Shown here piece by piece: positions 48,210 to 59,423 of a stretch of 64,000 nt of DNA. The first letter of the stretch is position 1. Each line of letters starts with the position of its first letter. Location: assembly GCA_950097015.1 (NCBI GenBank), contig CATNEN010000002.1:7564001-7628000 (forward strand), given 5' to 3'. The DNA is from Macrostomum hystrix (Eukaryota > Animalia > Platyhelminthes). The translations under genes and the position numbers were made by a program. The notes beneath the pieces were generated by a model. The model worked only from the letters and a program-made list of their open reading frames with translations. It ran no database searches and was not told where the DNA came from.

Positions 48210-51107
48210 CTATTGTTTTTGAAAGCGAGCACGCTTAAGCTTTGGCACGAGATCACCGCATGTCTGCGTGATGCGTGGGGTCAGGCGTGGCCTGAGATTA
48301 TAGGCAGATTGAGCTGCTAAGTCCTCGGGGATTTCTTCATTTTCCTCCGAGATTTTACTGGTATCGCTCTCTGGCGATTCATTTTCCTCGTGCGGGTCAA
48401 AACTTTCCCTGCCACGGGCAGACCATCTAATTCTTTCTTCAGAGCTTAACTCACTATTTGACACGTCCGGCGATTTGTCTGGCGGCTTTTTGCGCTCTGG
48501 CTGCCTCCTCTTAATGCCTTGCTCTGCGGGCTTGGCCTTTGCTTTAGGAGCGCCATTTTTCTTCACAATTTCTTCAATAATTCTCATTGAATTCGGAACA
48601 GCAGTGACATTAATTCGATATAATAACAGTTTTGGTCCTTGTTTGTCTTGAAACAAGCGCTGGCTTGTTAATGCAGACTTTCGTTTTGACCTGGTCTTTC
48701 TTTTTCTCTTCTCATTCCTTACAGTCTGGCATCCTTTCTCTTGGACACGTGGCAACTGTCTGGTTGAGATTCTATTTACTTCTTCTGTTTTGATTGCTTC
48801 TGACGGCCTTCTGGACAATCCATCAGCATTAGAGTGCTTGGCTCCACTTCGATGCTCAATATCGAATTGGAACTCACTAAGCCTCTCTATCCATCTGCCT
48901 AGGATGCCCTGTGCCTCCGTCTGTCTCAAAAGCCATAGAATTGCTTTGTGGTCCGTTCTGGCTAAGAATTTCTTGCCAATCAGGTAGAAGCGAAAATGCT
49001 TCATCCCATCGACCAAGGCGAGCAACTCTTTTTTGGTAATCGGATAACGTTTCTCCGACTCCTTCATCGCGCGGCTAAAATAAGCGATGGGCCTTTCTAC
49101 GCCATCCGCCTGGATCTGACCCAGGCAAGCGCCGATTCTATCGTCGCTGGCGTCAGTGTCTAGCACCATCCTCACATTTTCATTATCAGTGATTTCCGGA
49201 TAAGCGAGCACTTCAGTGGAAGTCATTCTTTGCTTCAGTAGCTGAAATGCCGCATCATGACTACTGTTCCATTTCTCTTTAAAGTTCTGAATGTTCTTCT
49301 TTGTCAGTTGGAAAAGTGGATGCGCTGCCTCTGCATAATTTTTTACGAACCTACAATAATAATTACACAGGCCTAAGAAGCTTCGCAGTTCTTTCACATC
49401 CCGCGGCGTTGGCCATGATGCAATTGCTTCGATCTTAGCAGGGTCAGTTCTAATTCCATACTTTCCGATGACATGACCTAAATACTGCAATTCTTGCTGA
49501 AACAGAAAACATTTCTTGGGCCTTAGTTTGAGCCCGGCAGAAATGATTCTTTTGAAAACTTCGGCTAAATGCTGTAGATGTTCTTCAAATCTTTTTGAAT
49601 AGGTGATGATGTCATCTATATAGGACATGGCATACCGATGCTGGATCCCTTCTAGCACTGTATTCATCAATCTTTGAAAGGTGCCAGGGGCATTGGACAG
49701 CCCTTGCGCCATCACTTGGTATTCAAATTGACCTCGGGTCAGCGTGGAGAACGCAGTCATATGTTTGTGTTCTTCCTTGATCGGCACTTGCCAATAACCC
49801 GAATTCAGGTCAAGGCTGCTGAAGAACTGACTGCCCGTCAGATGAGAAAACGTTTCTTGGATGTTAGGCAACGGATAGGGATAATAGTGTACTCGTGAAT
49901 TCAGTACACGAAAATCACTCACTATCCGGAGCGTCCCGTCTTTCTTTGGCACAATTACCAACGGTGTTGAATAGGTACTGTAGCAAGGTCGGATTAAGTT
50001 CTTTGCCAACATGTCATCTAACTGCTCATCGACCTGCTTTTGAAGGTGTGGCGGAATTCGTCGTGTCGGTATCCTGACTGGCGTAGTGTCCTGTAACACG
50101 ATTTCATGAGTTATTAAATGGGTTAGACCCATTTCTCGACTATTCTGCGAAAAAGCCTTCCGATTGTCTTTGATTAATTGTCTGACCTGTTCTTGTTGGA
50201 TGTCGGACAGTTCTTTGCCTAAATGGATTTCCTTTATCCATTCATCTGATTCTTCTTTGACGCTTCCGATTCGTTCTGTTTCTTTATCGCATTCAATATA
50301 ATAATTCAAATTCTTTGACTTCAGCGGCTTGGCTAAACCAATTAAAGATGATTTCGGTATATTGATTTCGTAGTTATGTTTATTCACAACTTCCACTACT
50401 CCTGTTCCATCGATCATAGTAACTAACGTAGGAGTTACTCCTACTGATCCTTCTTTTAATTGAATCTGATCGTTGATTGCTTCTACAGTCATGGGCGTTC
50501 CATAATTTCTTTCATAGTTAGTTGCTAATCGCACTGGGATCTTCAGAGCGCTGCTAGCCGGCACGGTTATTTTCTCCTGGCTGTATACTCTGCATATTCG
50601 CACAGGCAGTTTAGTAAATTGAATAGGCAGACATCTTCCATTCTTTAAAACCACCATTCCTTGACTAAAATTGATATTATTGCAATATTTCAAGAAAAAC
50701 TCCATTCCTAAGATATCGTCACTCTCGTGGTCACACAGCAGGAATAGTGTACTGATACTGATATCGCCAAAGTTTAATACTGTTGTTACTTCACCAATAA
50801 TCTCCACTTCTGAACCGTCGAAAGTTGTTACTCGTCTATTTGAATTGTAAATTTCTTCTTTGCGGAACGTGTTCTTCCATGAGCTTCGACTTAAAAAGTT
50901 ATGTCCAGCACCGGTGTCTAGTAAAAAGTTTAGCGACTTTCCTCTAATTTCTCCTTGTAATATTGCTTCCCGACCTTTAATCTCTATATTAGTTGACTCG
51001 ATCTTGGGTGCGGACGTTGCTAGTGCTGGTTCAGAGGCTTTTAATTTGCACTTATTTGTTCCTGAGGATCGGGGCCTCTCTGCTCGATCCTCGCTCTTCA
51101 GTTTCCC
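48210..51107 (-). CDS. pol: Pol (protease-RT-RNase H, no integrase core), expressed by -1 frameshift
   Basis: FLLDTGAG protease; PLVIVPKKDG, DLNSGYWQV, QGLSNAPGTFQR, YIDDII RT; DTDAS, KELLA, RTDH, NADGLSR RNase H; then basic/acidic tail ending AYNLRPR. Confidence 0.93.
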   Translation of the reverse strand, partial: GKLKSEDRAERPRSSGTNKCKLKASEPALATSAPKIESTNIEIKGREAILQGEIRGKSLNFLLDTGAGHNFLSRSSWKNTFRKEEIYNSNRRVTTFDGSEVEIIGEVTTVLNFGDISISTLFLLCDHESDDILGMEFFLKYCNNINFSQGMVVLKNGRCLPIQFTKLPVRICRVYSQEKITVPASSALKIPVRLATNYERNYGTPMTVEAINDQIQLKEGSVGVTPTLVTMIDGTGVVEVVNKHNYEINIPKSSLIGLAKPLKSKNLNYYIECDKETERIGSVKEESDEWIKEIHLGKELSDIQQEQVRQLIKDNRKAFSQNSREMGLTHLITHEIVLQDTTPVRIPTRRIPPHLQKQVDEQLDDMLAKNLIRPCYSTYSTPLVIVPKKDGTLRIVSDFRVLNSRVHYYPYPLPNIQETFSHLTGSQFFSSLDLNSGYWQVPIKEEHKHMTAFSTLTRGQFEYQVMAQGLSNAPGTFQRLMNTVLEGIQHRYAMSYIDDIITYSKRFEEHLQHLAEVFKRIISAGLKLRPKKCFLFQQELQYLGHVIGKYGIRTDPAKIEAIASWPTPRDVKELRSFLGLCNYYCRFVKNYAEAAHPLFQLTKKNIQNFKEKWNSSHDAAFQLLKQRMTSTEVLAYPEITDNENVRMVLDTDASDDRIGACLGQIQADGVERPIAYFSRAMKESEKRYPITKKELLALVDGMKHFRFYLIGKKFLARTDHKAILWLLRQTEAQGILGRWIERLSEFQFDIEHRSGAKHSNADGLSRRPSEAIKTEEVNRISTRQLPRVQEKGCQTVRNEKRKRKTRSKRKSALTSQRLFQDKQGPKLLLYRINVTAVPNSMRIIEEIVKKNGAPKAKAKPAEQGIKRRQPERKKPPDKSPDVSNSELSSEERIRWSARGRESFDPHEENESPESDTSKISEENEEIPEDLAAQSAYNLRPRLTPRITQTCGDLVPKLKRARFQKQ
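51064..51107 (-). promoter_or_regulatory. -1 programmed ribosomal frameshift cassette
   Basis: G GGA AAC heptamer (51107-51101) just before the gag stop, 8-nt spacer, 8-bp stem GAGGATCG/CGATCCTC; -1 frame is open into the protease. Confidence 0.8.
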
Positions 51108-52198
51108 TGCTGCTGATTGGAATTAGCCGGTCCAGAACTTCGGCAGAATTTGGCCACATGTCCGTTATTGCCACAATTGAAGCAGATTCGCGGCGGGCGA
51201 TCCTGCTGCTGTTGCTGCTGCTGATAGTTCTGCGACTGCTGCTGTTGCGCTTGAGTATTTGGCTGCTGTCTCTGCTGATAGTTCTGCCGCTGATAGTTCT
51301 GCTGTTGCTGATGGTTCTGCTGCTGTTTCGGCTGATAGTTCTGCTGCTGCTGATAGTTCTGCCGTTGCTGATAATTCTGCTGCTGCTGATAGTTCTGCCG
51401 CTGCTGATAATTCTGCTGCTGATAGTTCTGCTGCTGCTGCTGCGGATAGTTCTGCTGCTGCTGCAGGTTCTGAGTAGCCATCTGGACACTGACCATGAGT
51501 TCTTGCATGGTTCTCTTTTGTTGTTCTAGTTCTTCTTGTTGCCTCAGCAATATTTCTTCAATCCTGCTCTGTCTCTTTTGTTCAGCTTCATCACTCTTGG
51601 CCATCTTCATACTAACACCTTTGTGGGACATGTTCCACGCTGTTTCCATGCGTCTCAGCATTCTCCTTGCATCTTGTAGAGTTGCTGGTGCAGCAAAAAT
51701 AAGCTTCTCTCTGGTTTCAGCCGGTACTTTCACTCCTTTAATAAATTGTTCTATTATTTCTTCTTCTCTCTGTTCTGCGGTCATATTCGGAAATGCTCTG
51801 GTAGCTAGTTCGATAAGAGCGTCAGAGAAATTTTCCACTGGTTCGTTGCGTCCTTGACTACGGCTTCTAAATTCTTCCCTAAATTCGGCGGAGCTTCCTG
51901 TTCTTCCGAAACGTTCCACTAGTCTTTCTTTAAATTCTTCGTAATCTAGATCGTCCGGTAAGTTCATACGCTGCACTGCGGCAAACGCAGTTGAGAGATC
52001 GAGGTTGGCTAGGAGCTCGCGCTTCCTGTGTGCCTCCTCTATTCCTTCAGCTTCGCAGCGCTGGTCAAAGGCTGTCAGCCAAATTCTGATTTCCTGATTT
52101 GGCGTAAATTTTTGAATTTTGACATGTCTCGTCGGTCCCAGCTCTAATCGGTTTCTTAGTTCTTCTGCTAGCATGGCGATTGCATCGTTGGCATTCAT
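51098..52198 (-). CDS. gag: Gag, 366 aa, Q/N/Y-rich tract and CCHC knuckle
   Basis: Retrotrans_gag-like core (EFRSRSQGRNEPVENF); CFNCGNNGHVAKFC. Confidence 0.93.
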   Translation of the reverse strand: MNANDAIAMLAEELRNRLELGPTRHVKIQKFTPNQEIRIWLTAFDQRCEAEGIEEAHRKRELLANLDLSTAFAAVQRMNLPDDLDYEEFKERLVERFGRTGSSAEFREEFRSRSQGRNEPVENFSDALIELATRAFPNMTAEQREEEIIEQFIKGVKVPAETREKLIFAAPATLQDARRMLRRMETAWNMSHKGVSMKMAKSDEAEQKRQSRIEEILLRQQEELEQQKRTMQELMVSVQMATQNLQQQQNYPQQQQQNYQQQNYQQRQNYQQQQNYQQRQNYQQQQNYQPKQQQNHQQQQNYQRQNYQQRQQPNTQAQQQQSQNYQQQQQQQDRPPRICFNCGNNGHVAKFCRSSGPANSNQQQGN

Positions 52199-52262
52199 TT
52201 TGACTATTTGACTATGAATAGCTTATTTCTAAGTAAGATTCCGCCGCTTTTCCGATCCTTTT

Positions 52263-52274
52263 CCGCTGCCACCA
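52263..52274 (-). promoter_or_regulatory. Primer-binding site complementary to tRNA-Leu 3' end
   Basis: TGGTGGCAGCGG, 3 nt after the 5' LTR. Confidence 0.85.
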
Positions 52275-52277
52275 AGT

Positions 52278-52866
52278 TGTTGTAGTGCTTCTTTTACAAT
52301 TGCACTTTTCTAGTAATTCAAACTCTCCTCATACTGTAAGTAATTGGCCTAAACTTCTGACTTATTGCCTGTCAATCATTTTAGAGTGACATATACATTA
52401 TACCACACCCCTGCTCGGGTGGACTTATGCAAACTACAGATAGTTTGGGTAGCGTGGCTCTTTGTCACGATATTTCTGGCCTCCTGCCAGTTATATTCTA
52501 GATATTAAATCTAGTTAGATCTGGAGACAATGCTCTCAGGTGATTCAGACAAGTTTTGTCAGGTAATTCAGGCTCTCTGGCCAGTCTGTACTCGGGCTTC
52601 CCCGGATCGGTTTCAACGGCTTCCACTTACTTTAGAAATAAGTAAGGCTTGTAAGATTGCTCACGAGGAGAATTGAACTGTTTCTAATAATGGGCACGAA
52701 ACGGTTACTGTCTTTATCACTTCCCGCCTCTATTTATAGCAATATTCCTAATACACTCAGCATACACACGGTATATTTCTTTTCATCTTAACAAATCGCA
52801 TAAGTCGAATATTATAAGCATACGCGTAGCATATTTTTAGCACGAATTCAAATATAGCCTGTTATA
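52278..52866 (-). repeat. 5' LTR (589 bp)
   Basis: Direct repeat of 46121-46709. Confidence 0.95.
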
Positions 52867-54581
52867 GATTGAAATTCAGATTGCGTCCAGATGAAACTGA
52901 ATTACTTGCTGTTGCTCTCTCGCGCTGCCTCAGCGTTCCGATTTAAACACGCATTGTCGCAGAGCAAATGAACGAGCAGGGAAAGAGAGAGAGCAAACCA
53001 AGGGGACGCACGAGAGAAAGGGGCAAGCAGCTCTGAACTAAAAATCACGTTTCTTTGAATGCATTTTTTTAAAGGCTATGAATTTCTACGAAACCGCAAT
53101 ATAACAAACCATTGGCATTGAAGCGATTTAACAGTTCAACAAGTATCAACCACTATTGCTAACCTATAGAAAGAACCGAGCGAATTATTATCTATGCAAA
53201 CTTATTGCAACAACTAAACTAAATAGGACTTCACGACATCACAACAAACGTGCTATTGTTAAAACGGCCTCCCTCGGGGCCACCAACACCTGACAACGTC
53301 ACAGGGAATTTATGAAATGATTAGGAACTCAGGAATGTAGGAACTCAGGTTGCCTTCTTCATCAATTTCATTCCTGTATTTATACTATAAATTGTTGTGG
53401 CGTACCCCACTAAAACACTAAACTCATTTAAACAAAATTTTTACGGTAAAATATTTTTTGCACCAATTTAACTTCTAAATATTCGGTAATTACGCTGCCT
53501 TATATTAGCTTGTGCGAACTACCAACGTTAAATAATATTGAGTCCATAGATCAAGGAGAAAAACAAAAAACTAGTAATCAAAAAATACTTCAGCAACAAA
53601 AAGGTTTAGTTAGTCTTTTTTTAGTGCAAATTAGTTATACCATTCGATAATATCTGCTAAAAAGACGATTTATAATTTATTTGTAACAGTCGTGATGTAC
53701 GTTTCTCCAGAAAAACAAAAAGTAATTTTCAAGCATAAGACTTTAATATTTTGTGCTTTTAGTATGCAAACTACATTCTGTTGATGGAAATAAATATTTT
53801 AGAGCTATTACATGTGTTTTTTTCGAGAATTTTTTAAGAGGACAAATTCCGATGCTGCTTGGTGAGATTTACCCATATGTTGTAGTAAGGAACATGTCTC
53901 TTATTTCTCTTAATTAAGAGAGAACTTTTAGTATGCAAGGCAGATATCCATCTCATTTCTGCACACTGCAGTTTCAAACAAACAAGGCAAAATAATTATG
54001 TAAGCCTTTTATGAGAAGTGGTAGGCCTAATGTCTCTCCATGTATCTAGTTGTATAGTAGTCAAATGTCAATTATCTATGCAGGTAATAAGTCCTATAAC
54101 ACTTTTTCATACAACTACTACTTACTTATGTGCACTTCTCAATTTCTATTGCCTATAAGTTTTAGTGACTTATATAGTTTCTTAAGTTAAACTTGCAGGT
54201 CCTGTTCTTATGCTATAGCATAGCATAGGAAAAGTGCATTGTGTTTTCTGATTTACTCTAGCTAGGCCTATAGCCTATAGCCATAGGGCCTTCTTTGTGG
54301 CACTAGGCATAATTTTTTATGGAAGACAGATAAGAAAAAGTTAATATGAAACACTTCTGCTTTAATGCAGTAGGCCTATCATTGCACATTTTTAAGTTGA
54401 TACTGATACCAGGAATGCTCTGCCAAAAATAAGTTTTGGCACTCTGTTATGTTTAGAGTATCAATTATTACTTAATTTAAATCTAATGTAGGCCTACTGG
54501 CAATATATCATAAACATATATATATATAATATATATATAATATATATATATATGGTATATATAGGCTTATCATTTATGGTA

Positions 54582-54992
54582 CCTGGACACTTCGTCATCT
54601 TACAACTTTGTCATCTAGATGATGATCTGTCCAATATATTAGAGGGTGGATAACAAAGAGTCTTAGACTTGTGGACACTTTGTCATCTATAAAACAAAAG
54701 TTTTCAAAGTTAGAATAGAACCACCCCACCCGTTCCTCATGTAGTATTGGCACCTCTCTTTTAACTCTTATAATGAAATCAGTTTTTGACACCTTTTTGA
54801 CAGTTTAGAGTATGAAGTGTGTTCACACCTCTGCCCCACCACTCCACCCTCAATTTATTGATGACAAACTTGATTGGTTCTTATTAGTAGATGACGAACT
54901 GACCAAACTTTAAAGCATGCCAATTGGCTGAATGACAAAGTGTCTTACCTTCCAAGTGGATGACAAAGTTGTAAGATGAGAAAGTGTCTAGG
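54582..54992. mobile_element. MITE-like fold-back element upstream of RPP21
   Basis: About 34-bp imperfect TIR CCT(G/A)GACACTT..TCATCTTACAACTTTGTCATC with internal GATGACAAAGT(G) motifs; no TSD resolved. Confidence 0.65.
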
Positions 54993-55149
54993 ATCTATCA
55001 TATATATATTAGTATTGAATACATATGACCAAACTAATAGTAAATCAGTGTCTTGTGTCTTAAATCTAGCTCAAATTTTTAAACTAAAGTTCTAGCTTAA
55101 ATTATGTCTGGCAAATTGAGTAGCTAGATTCTAGCCTTAATTTTCTAGC

Positions 55150-55260
55150 CTGAGTGTGTGCTCAGTAGTCAGCAGAATGAGCAGAATGTCTCTCTGTTGG
55201 CTGTGGGTCTTTGGTCACCAAATAACTTGCCAGTGGGCTCCTGTAATCATTATTACTTAT
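55150..55260 (+). mobile_element. SINE family A 3' fragment
   Basis: GTGTGTGCTCAG...AGAATGAGCAGAATG...GTCACC...CTCCTGTAATCATTATTA. Confidence 0.55.
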
Positions 55261-55385
55261 TCAGTCTTATTTAGGCATTGTGATTCATTAATTATCAAAT
55301 ATATCATTTTTTGAATGATAAGTTGATTTTTAAGGCTTCCAAAAACTCATGGTTGCCCTTTTTTCAGTAACATTTTACCAATTCA

Positions 55386-55895
55386 ATGTCATCAACTACT
55401 GCATCATCGAGCATGTCGAATATCAAACCAAAGCCAAATCAGAACCTGAACAAATGTGAAACAAAAAAGTGTGCAGGCCGAGCTACAAAGCAGCAGCAGC
55501 CAAAAGCTCAGAAGAACAGACAGGCTGTGCAAAGAATCGCCCACCTGCATGCAGTGGCCAGACTATTGGCCTCGCAGGGCGGCCAGCAGGGCCAGATGCT
55601 GGCTAGGCTGCAGGCCGAGTCCTTATTCACTCTGGCCGAGAAGTCGCAGGTTCGTCTGACTCTACCGCAGCGTCGGTCATTCTGTCGTAGATGCCGACTG
55701 CCTTTGGTTAGCGGCGTCACCACCGACATTCGCTGCAGGCGGAGGCGCCGACGCGGTGGTGATGGCCAGCTGGTTGCCGTGGTAACCTGCCGGCTGTGCC
55801 GCAGCTTTGCCAGCTATGGCTTCCGACGCCACGACTGGGTAGAGGCTGTCCTGCCCAGCAATGGCCTTCAGCGAAAGCTTCGGGCCTCTTCTTAA
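55386..55895 (+). CDS. RPP21: RNase P protein subunit Rpr2/Rpp21, intronless
   Basis: QRIAHLHAVARLL...RRSFCRRCRLPLVSG...VTCRLCR: N-terminal helices plus CxxC/CxxC zinc ribbon. Confidence 0.85.
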   Translation: MSSTTASSSMSNIKPKPNQNLNKCETKKCAGRATKQQQPKAQKNRQAVQRIAHLHAVARLLASQGGQQGQMLARLQAESLFTLAEKSQVRLTLPQRRSFCRRCRLPLVSGVTTDIRCRRRRRRGGDGQLVAVVTCRLCRSFASYGFRRHDWVEAVLPSNGLQRKLRASS

Positions 55896-56259
55896 CGCTG
55901 ATTATCTCGTGGATTCTCTGCCCTCCCCTTTGCTGTTGTGTTGAAAGCGATTTCCTGTCATATTCATGGCTAAATAACTCATGCTTCTGCAAACTGTTTA
56001 AGATTGTGAAGTGTGCGTTATGCTACTAACCAGATACTTTAACAGTACTATAATATGCATTTTCTTTCTATGTTACATGCATTCCATGTTATATGCATGT
56101 TATATGCATTTTTACTTGCTTAATTTAATGTTTAGCCGATTTGTCAGGTCCGTGTAAAACATAAACTTATAATCTTGCTGCTGTGATTCCAACTTAATAG
56201 CATTAAAACAAAAAGTGGAACAAAAATGAAGTATTTCTTTTAAATTAAATTTGATATCT

Positions 56260-56940
56260 TAAGAGTCATTCAGTTCGCATTGGTGGATTGTGGAGTCATT
56301 CAGTTCGCATTGGTGGATTGTGGAGTCATTCAGTTCCCATTAGTGGATTTTTGAGTCATTCAGTTCGCATTAGTGGATTGTGCAGTCATTCAGTTCCCAT
56401 TGGTGGATTGTGGAGTCATTCAGTTCGCATTGGTGGATTGTGGAGTCATTCAGTTCGCATTAGTGGATTGTGGAGTCATTCAGTTCCCATTAGTGGATTG
56501 TTGAGTCATTCAGTTCGCATTAGTGGATTGTGGAGTCATTCAGTTCGCATTGGTGGATTGTGGAGTCATTCAGTTCGCATTGGTGGATTGTGGAGTCATT
56601 CAGTTCGAATTAGTGGATTGTGGAGTCATTCCGTTCGCATTAGTGGACTGTGGAGTCATTCAGTTACCATTGATGGGACTGTGGAGTCATTCAGTTACCA
56701 TTGATGGGACTGTGGAGTCATTCAGTTACCATTGATGGGACTGTGGAGTCATTCAGTTACCATTGATGGGACTGTGGAGTCATTCAGTTACCATTGATGG
56801 GACTGTGGAGTCATTCAGTTACCATTGATGGGACTGTGGAGTCATTCAGTTACCATTGATGGGACTGTGGAGTCATTCAGTTACCATTGATGGGACTGTG
56901 GAGTCATTCAGTTACCATTGATGGGACTGTGGAGTCATTC
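56260..56940. repeat. 30/31-bp minisatellite (..GTGGAGTCATTCAGTT..)
   Basis: 30-bp units on the left, 31-bp units from about 56650. Confidence 0.95.
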
Positions 56941-58284
56941 ATCTCCCATCGATGCCATTGCGGTGTTAACTGCAAAGTTGGTTCGGGATTTTAATGCAGT
57001 TTTCTTGTGATATACAATTTTCTTTTGTCAGTCAAGCTTGAACTAGAAATCTAAGACAAAATTCCAAGAGGATTTTTTCCAAAATCGTGGCCATTAGATT
57101 AATTCTTTCTATCCTGTTCAGCGACACAGGAAAGTCAATTAAATTACTTTGTGGAGGGGCAGATAATGCTTCTGCCCTGTGTTGCTGATGCTCTCTTGTG
57201 TCCTTCAGTGCCCATGGCGTGGCTACTTGGTTCCTTCTTGTCTTGTCCAGCCCCAGGCCGTGCTGCCTGTTAATGCATTCAAGTTCTACCATTGGATTTT
57301 ATTCCGGTTTCTAGCCGCAGGCAGGCAACTTTTGAAACTTCCTTTGGACATATTTGGGTACTATTTTCACTATTTTTTTCTTATCGAAAGAACCTTTTCT
57401 CATTGAATATAGGTTATGCAAGATTGTTTTTAATTGTTAAGTGCTGAATATTCGGAAGATTCAACGTGCCCTGGTCACAATGTGACAGTCCCGTGTTGCG
57501 GCTCCGAGCTGAGTCATCGAATTACGCCCAGTCCCGCCTGTCACCTTTTGATTGACAGCGAAAACGCAACCTCTGCCCGGAGGCTCTGGGGGGGGTTTTG
57601 TCTGAGCAGTCTGTGCTCAGCTCTAGCAGGGGTGGGGAACGCGGCTCCGATGTTTGCTCTCCTGCGCAGCCGGCAAGTCAGTGCAACTTCTTCCATGCTC
57701 AAGGAAACTTTCGTGTTCCGAAGCTCCCCCAAGTCCGACCGCGCCAGTTGATGCCATCTGGCAGTCCCGAGTCGAATCGGAGTGAGGGCCCGCGGCCTCT
57801 GCTTGTTCAAACTCAAACACTGAGAAATCCCAGAGCAAACACAGGCCTACCTGATCCCTCGGTGTTGCTTGTTCACTGTTCCGCTGTAAGCAGAGGACGG
57901 CACTCAGTGGACTAGACCGGGTTGTGATTTGGCCTCGGTTTTAATATCGAATCGTACTCGCAGTTAAAAAAAGTAATTCGACGTGCATTTACCAGCGTAT
58001 CTTTGTAGACAGCATTTTTGCCTATGAAATGCTGTGCGACTGCTTGAATAATATATTGATCTTCATATCCAATAGTCGCATTTCAAGCTAGTAGCGTCAC
58101 ATTTTTATTAGGGCAAAGTGAAGACAAATGTCTAATAAAATGCTAATTAAAGAAACAAAAGTCCTGAAGAGAGGCTTAAAATGAGGACTCTGAAGTTGAA
58201 GTAATTCTGACATTTTAGTTTCAGAAAATTAAAATGGTTTCATACTGTCCAGCTTACAGAGACATGCGTTTGCTTGGCAATAAA

Positions 58285-58780
58285 GCCCCTCAGTTGTCAG
58301 CATCTCCTCAGGCCCTTCAATCTCTCAGTTGTCAGCATCTCCTCAGGCCCTTCAATTCCTCAGTTCTCAGCATCTCCTCAGGCCCTTCAATCTCTCAGTT
58401 GTCAGCATCTCCTCAGGCCTTTCAATCTCTCAGTTGTCAGCATCTCCTCAGGCCCTTCAATCTCTCAGTTGTCAGCATCTCCTCAGGCCCTTCAATCTCT
58501 CAGTTGTCAGCATCTCCTCAGGCCTTTCAATCTCTCAGTTGTCAGCATCTCCTCAGGCCCTTCAATCTCTCAGTTGTCAGCATCTCCTCAGGCCCTTCAA
58601 TCTCTCAGTTGTCAGCATCTCCTCAGGCCCTTCAATTCCTCAGTTCTCAGCATCTCCTCAGGCCCTTCAATCTCTCAGTTGTCAGCATCTCCTCAGGCCC
58701 TTCAATCTCTCAGTTGTCAGCATCTCCTCAGGCCCTTCAATCTCTCAGTTCTCAGCATCTCCTCAGGCCCTTCAATCCCT
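58285..58780. repeat. 35-bp minisatellite (CTCAGTTGTCAGCATCTCCTCAGGCCCTTCAATCT), about 14 copies
   Basis: Direct reading. Confidence 0.96.
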
Positions 58781-59423
58781 CTGTTTTCAGACAAGATCAG
58801 AGCAGAAGACCAGTGCATGTCTCGTATTTACTGCTATCTAATCTATATCAAGGCCAAATGTTTTCTGTTATAGACAAAGAAACTCCATAGAATTTCAATT
58901 CCGACTTGTAAAATATATATCACTGTATTATATGTATATATATAGTAACTGGTCCAGCCGGAACCTCAGCACACAGCGAACCCTCGACTCTCATTGCTGA
59001 TAAGATAAGGCCGGACAGCAATTGCAGTATTTGCGCACACCGCATGCGAGTACAGGCCGTGCCGGTTTGTGTCTCTAAAACCGTATCTGATTACCGTAGC
59101 GTTTAACTGCTTCACCAAGGCTAACAACTCACTTCGTTTTTTAGATATCTGAGCTCTGAACGACCTACCCAAATCGTGAGCAGTATATATTAATTGTACT
59201 CTTAGTTATCCAACTGAGCAGTTGAATAAACAGAGACAAAAACAAAAAAAGCGCACAGGGGTTGAGAATCCACGGTCCAATAGCGGCCTCCCTGACCTGT
59301 TCCCCGCAGCCCTAGCAGCCGAAGGTCATTGGTCGGCTGACGGCTGCCTTTCCCTATGCTAAACTGGAATTCATACTTAGCCAGAGGCCGCAGGCCAGTT
59401 GAACTGAAGTCGTCAGCGTCGTC

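Larger units (their letters stand above)
46121..52866 (-). mobile_element. Full-length-looking Ty3/gypsy LTR retrotransposon lacking the integrase core, with extra ORF
   Basis: LTRs 46121-46709 and 52278-52866; TSD GATT at 46117-46120 and 52867-52870; PBS, PPT, gag, pol, ORF3. Confidence 0.95.

Noticed and set aside
50993-51529. Poly-Leu membrane protein on the plus strand
   Set aside because: Antisense shadow of the CAG-rich Gag tract
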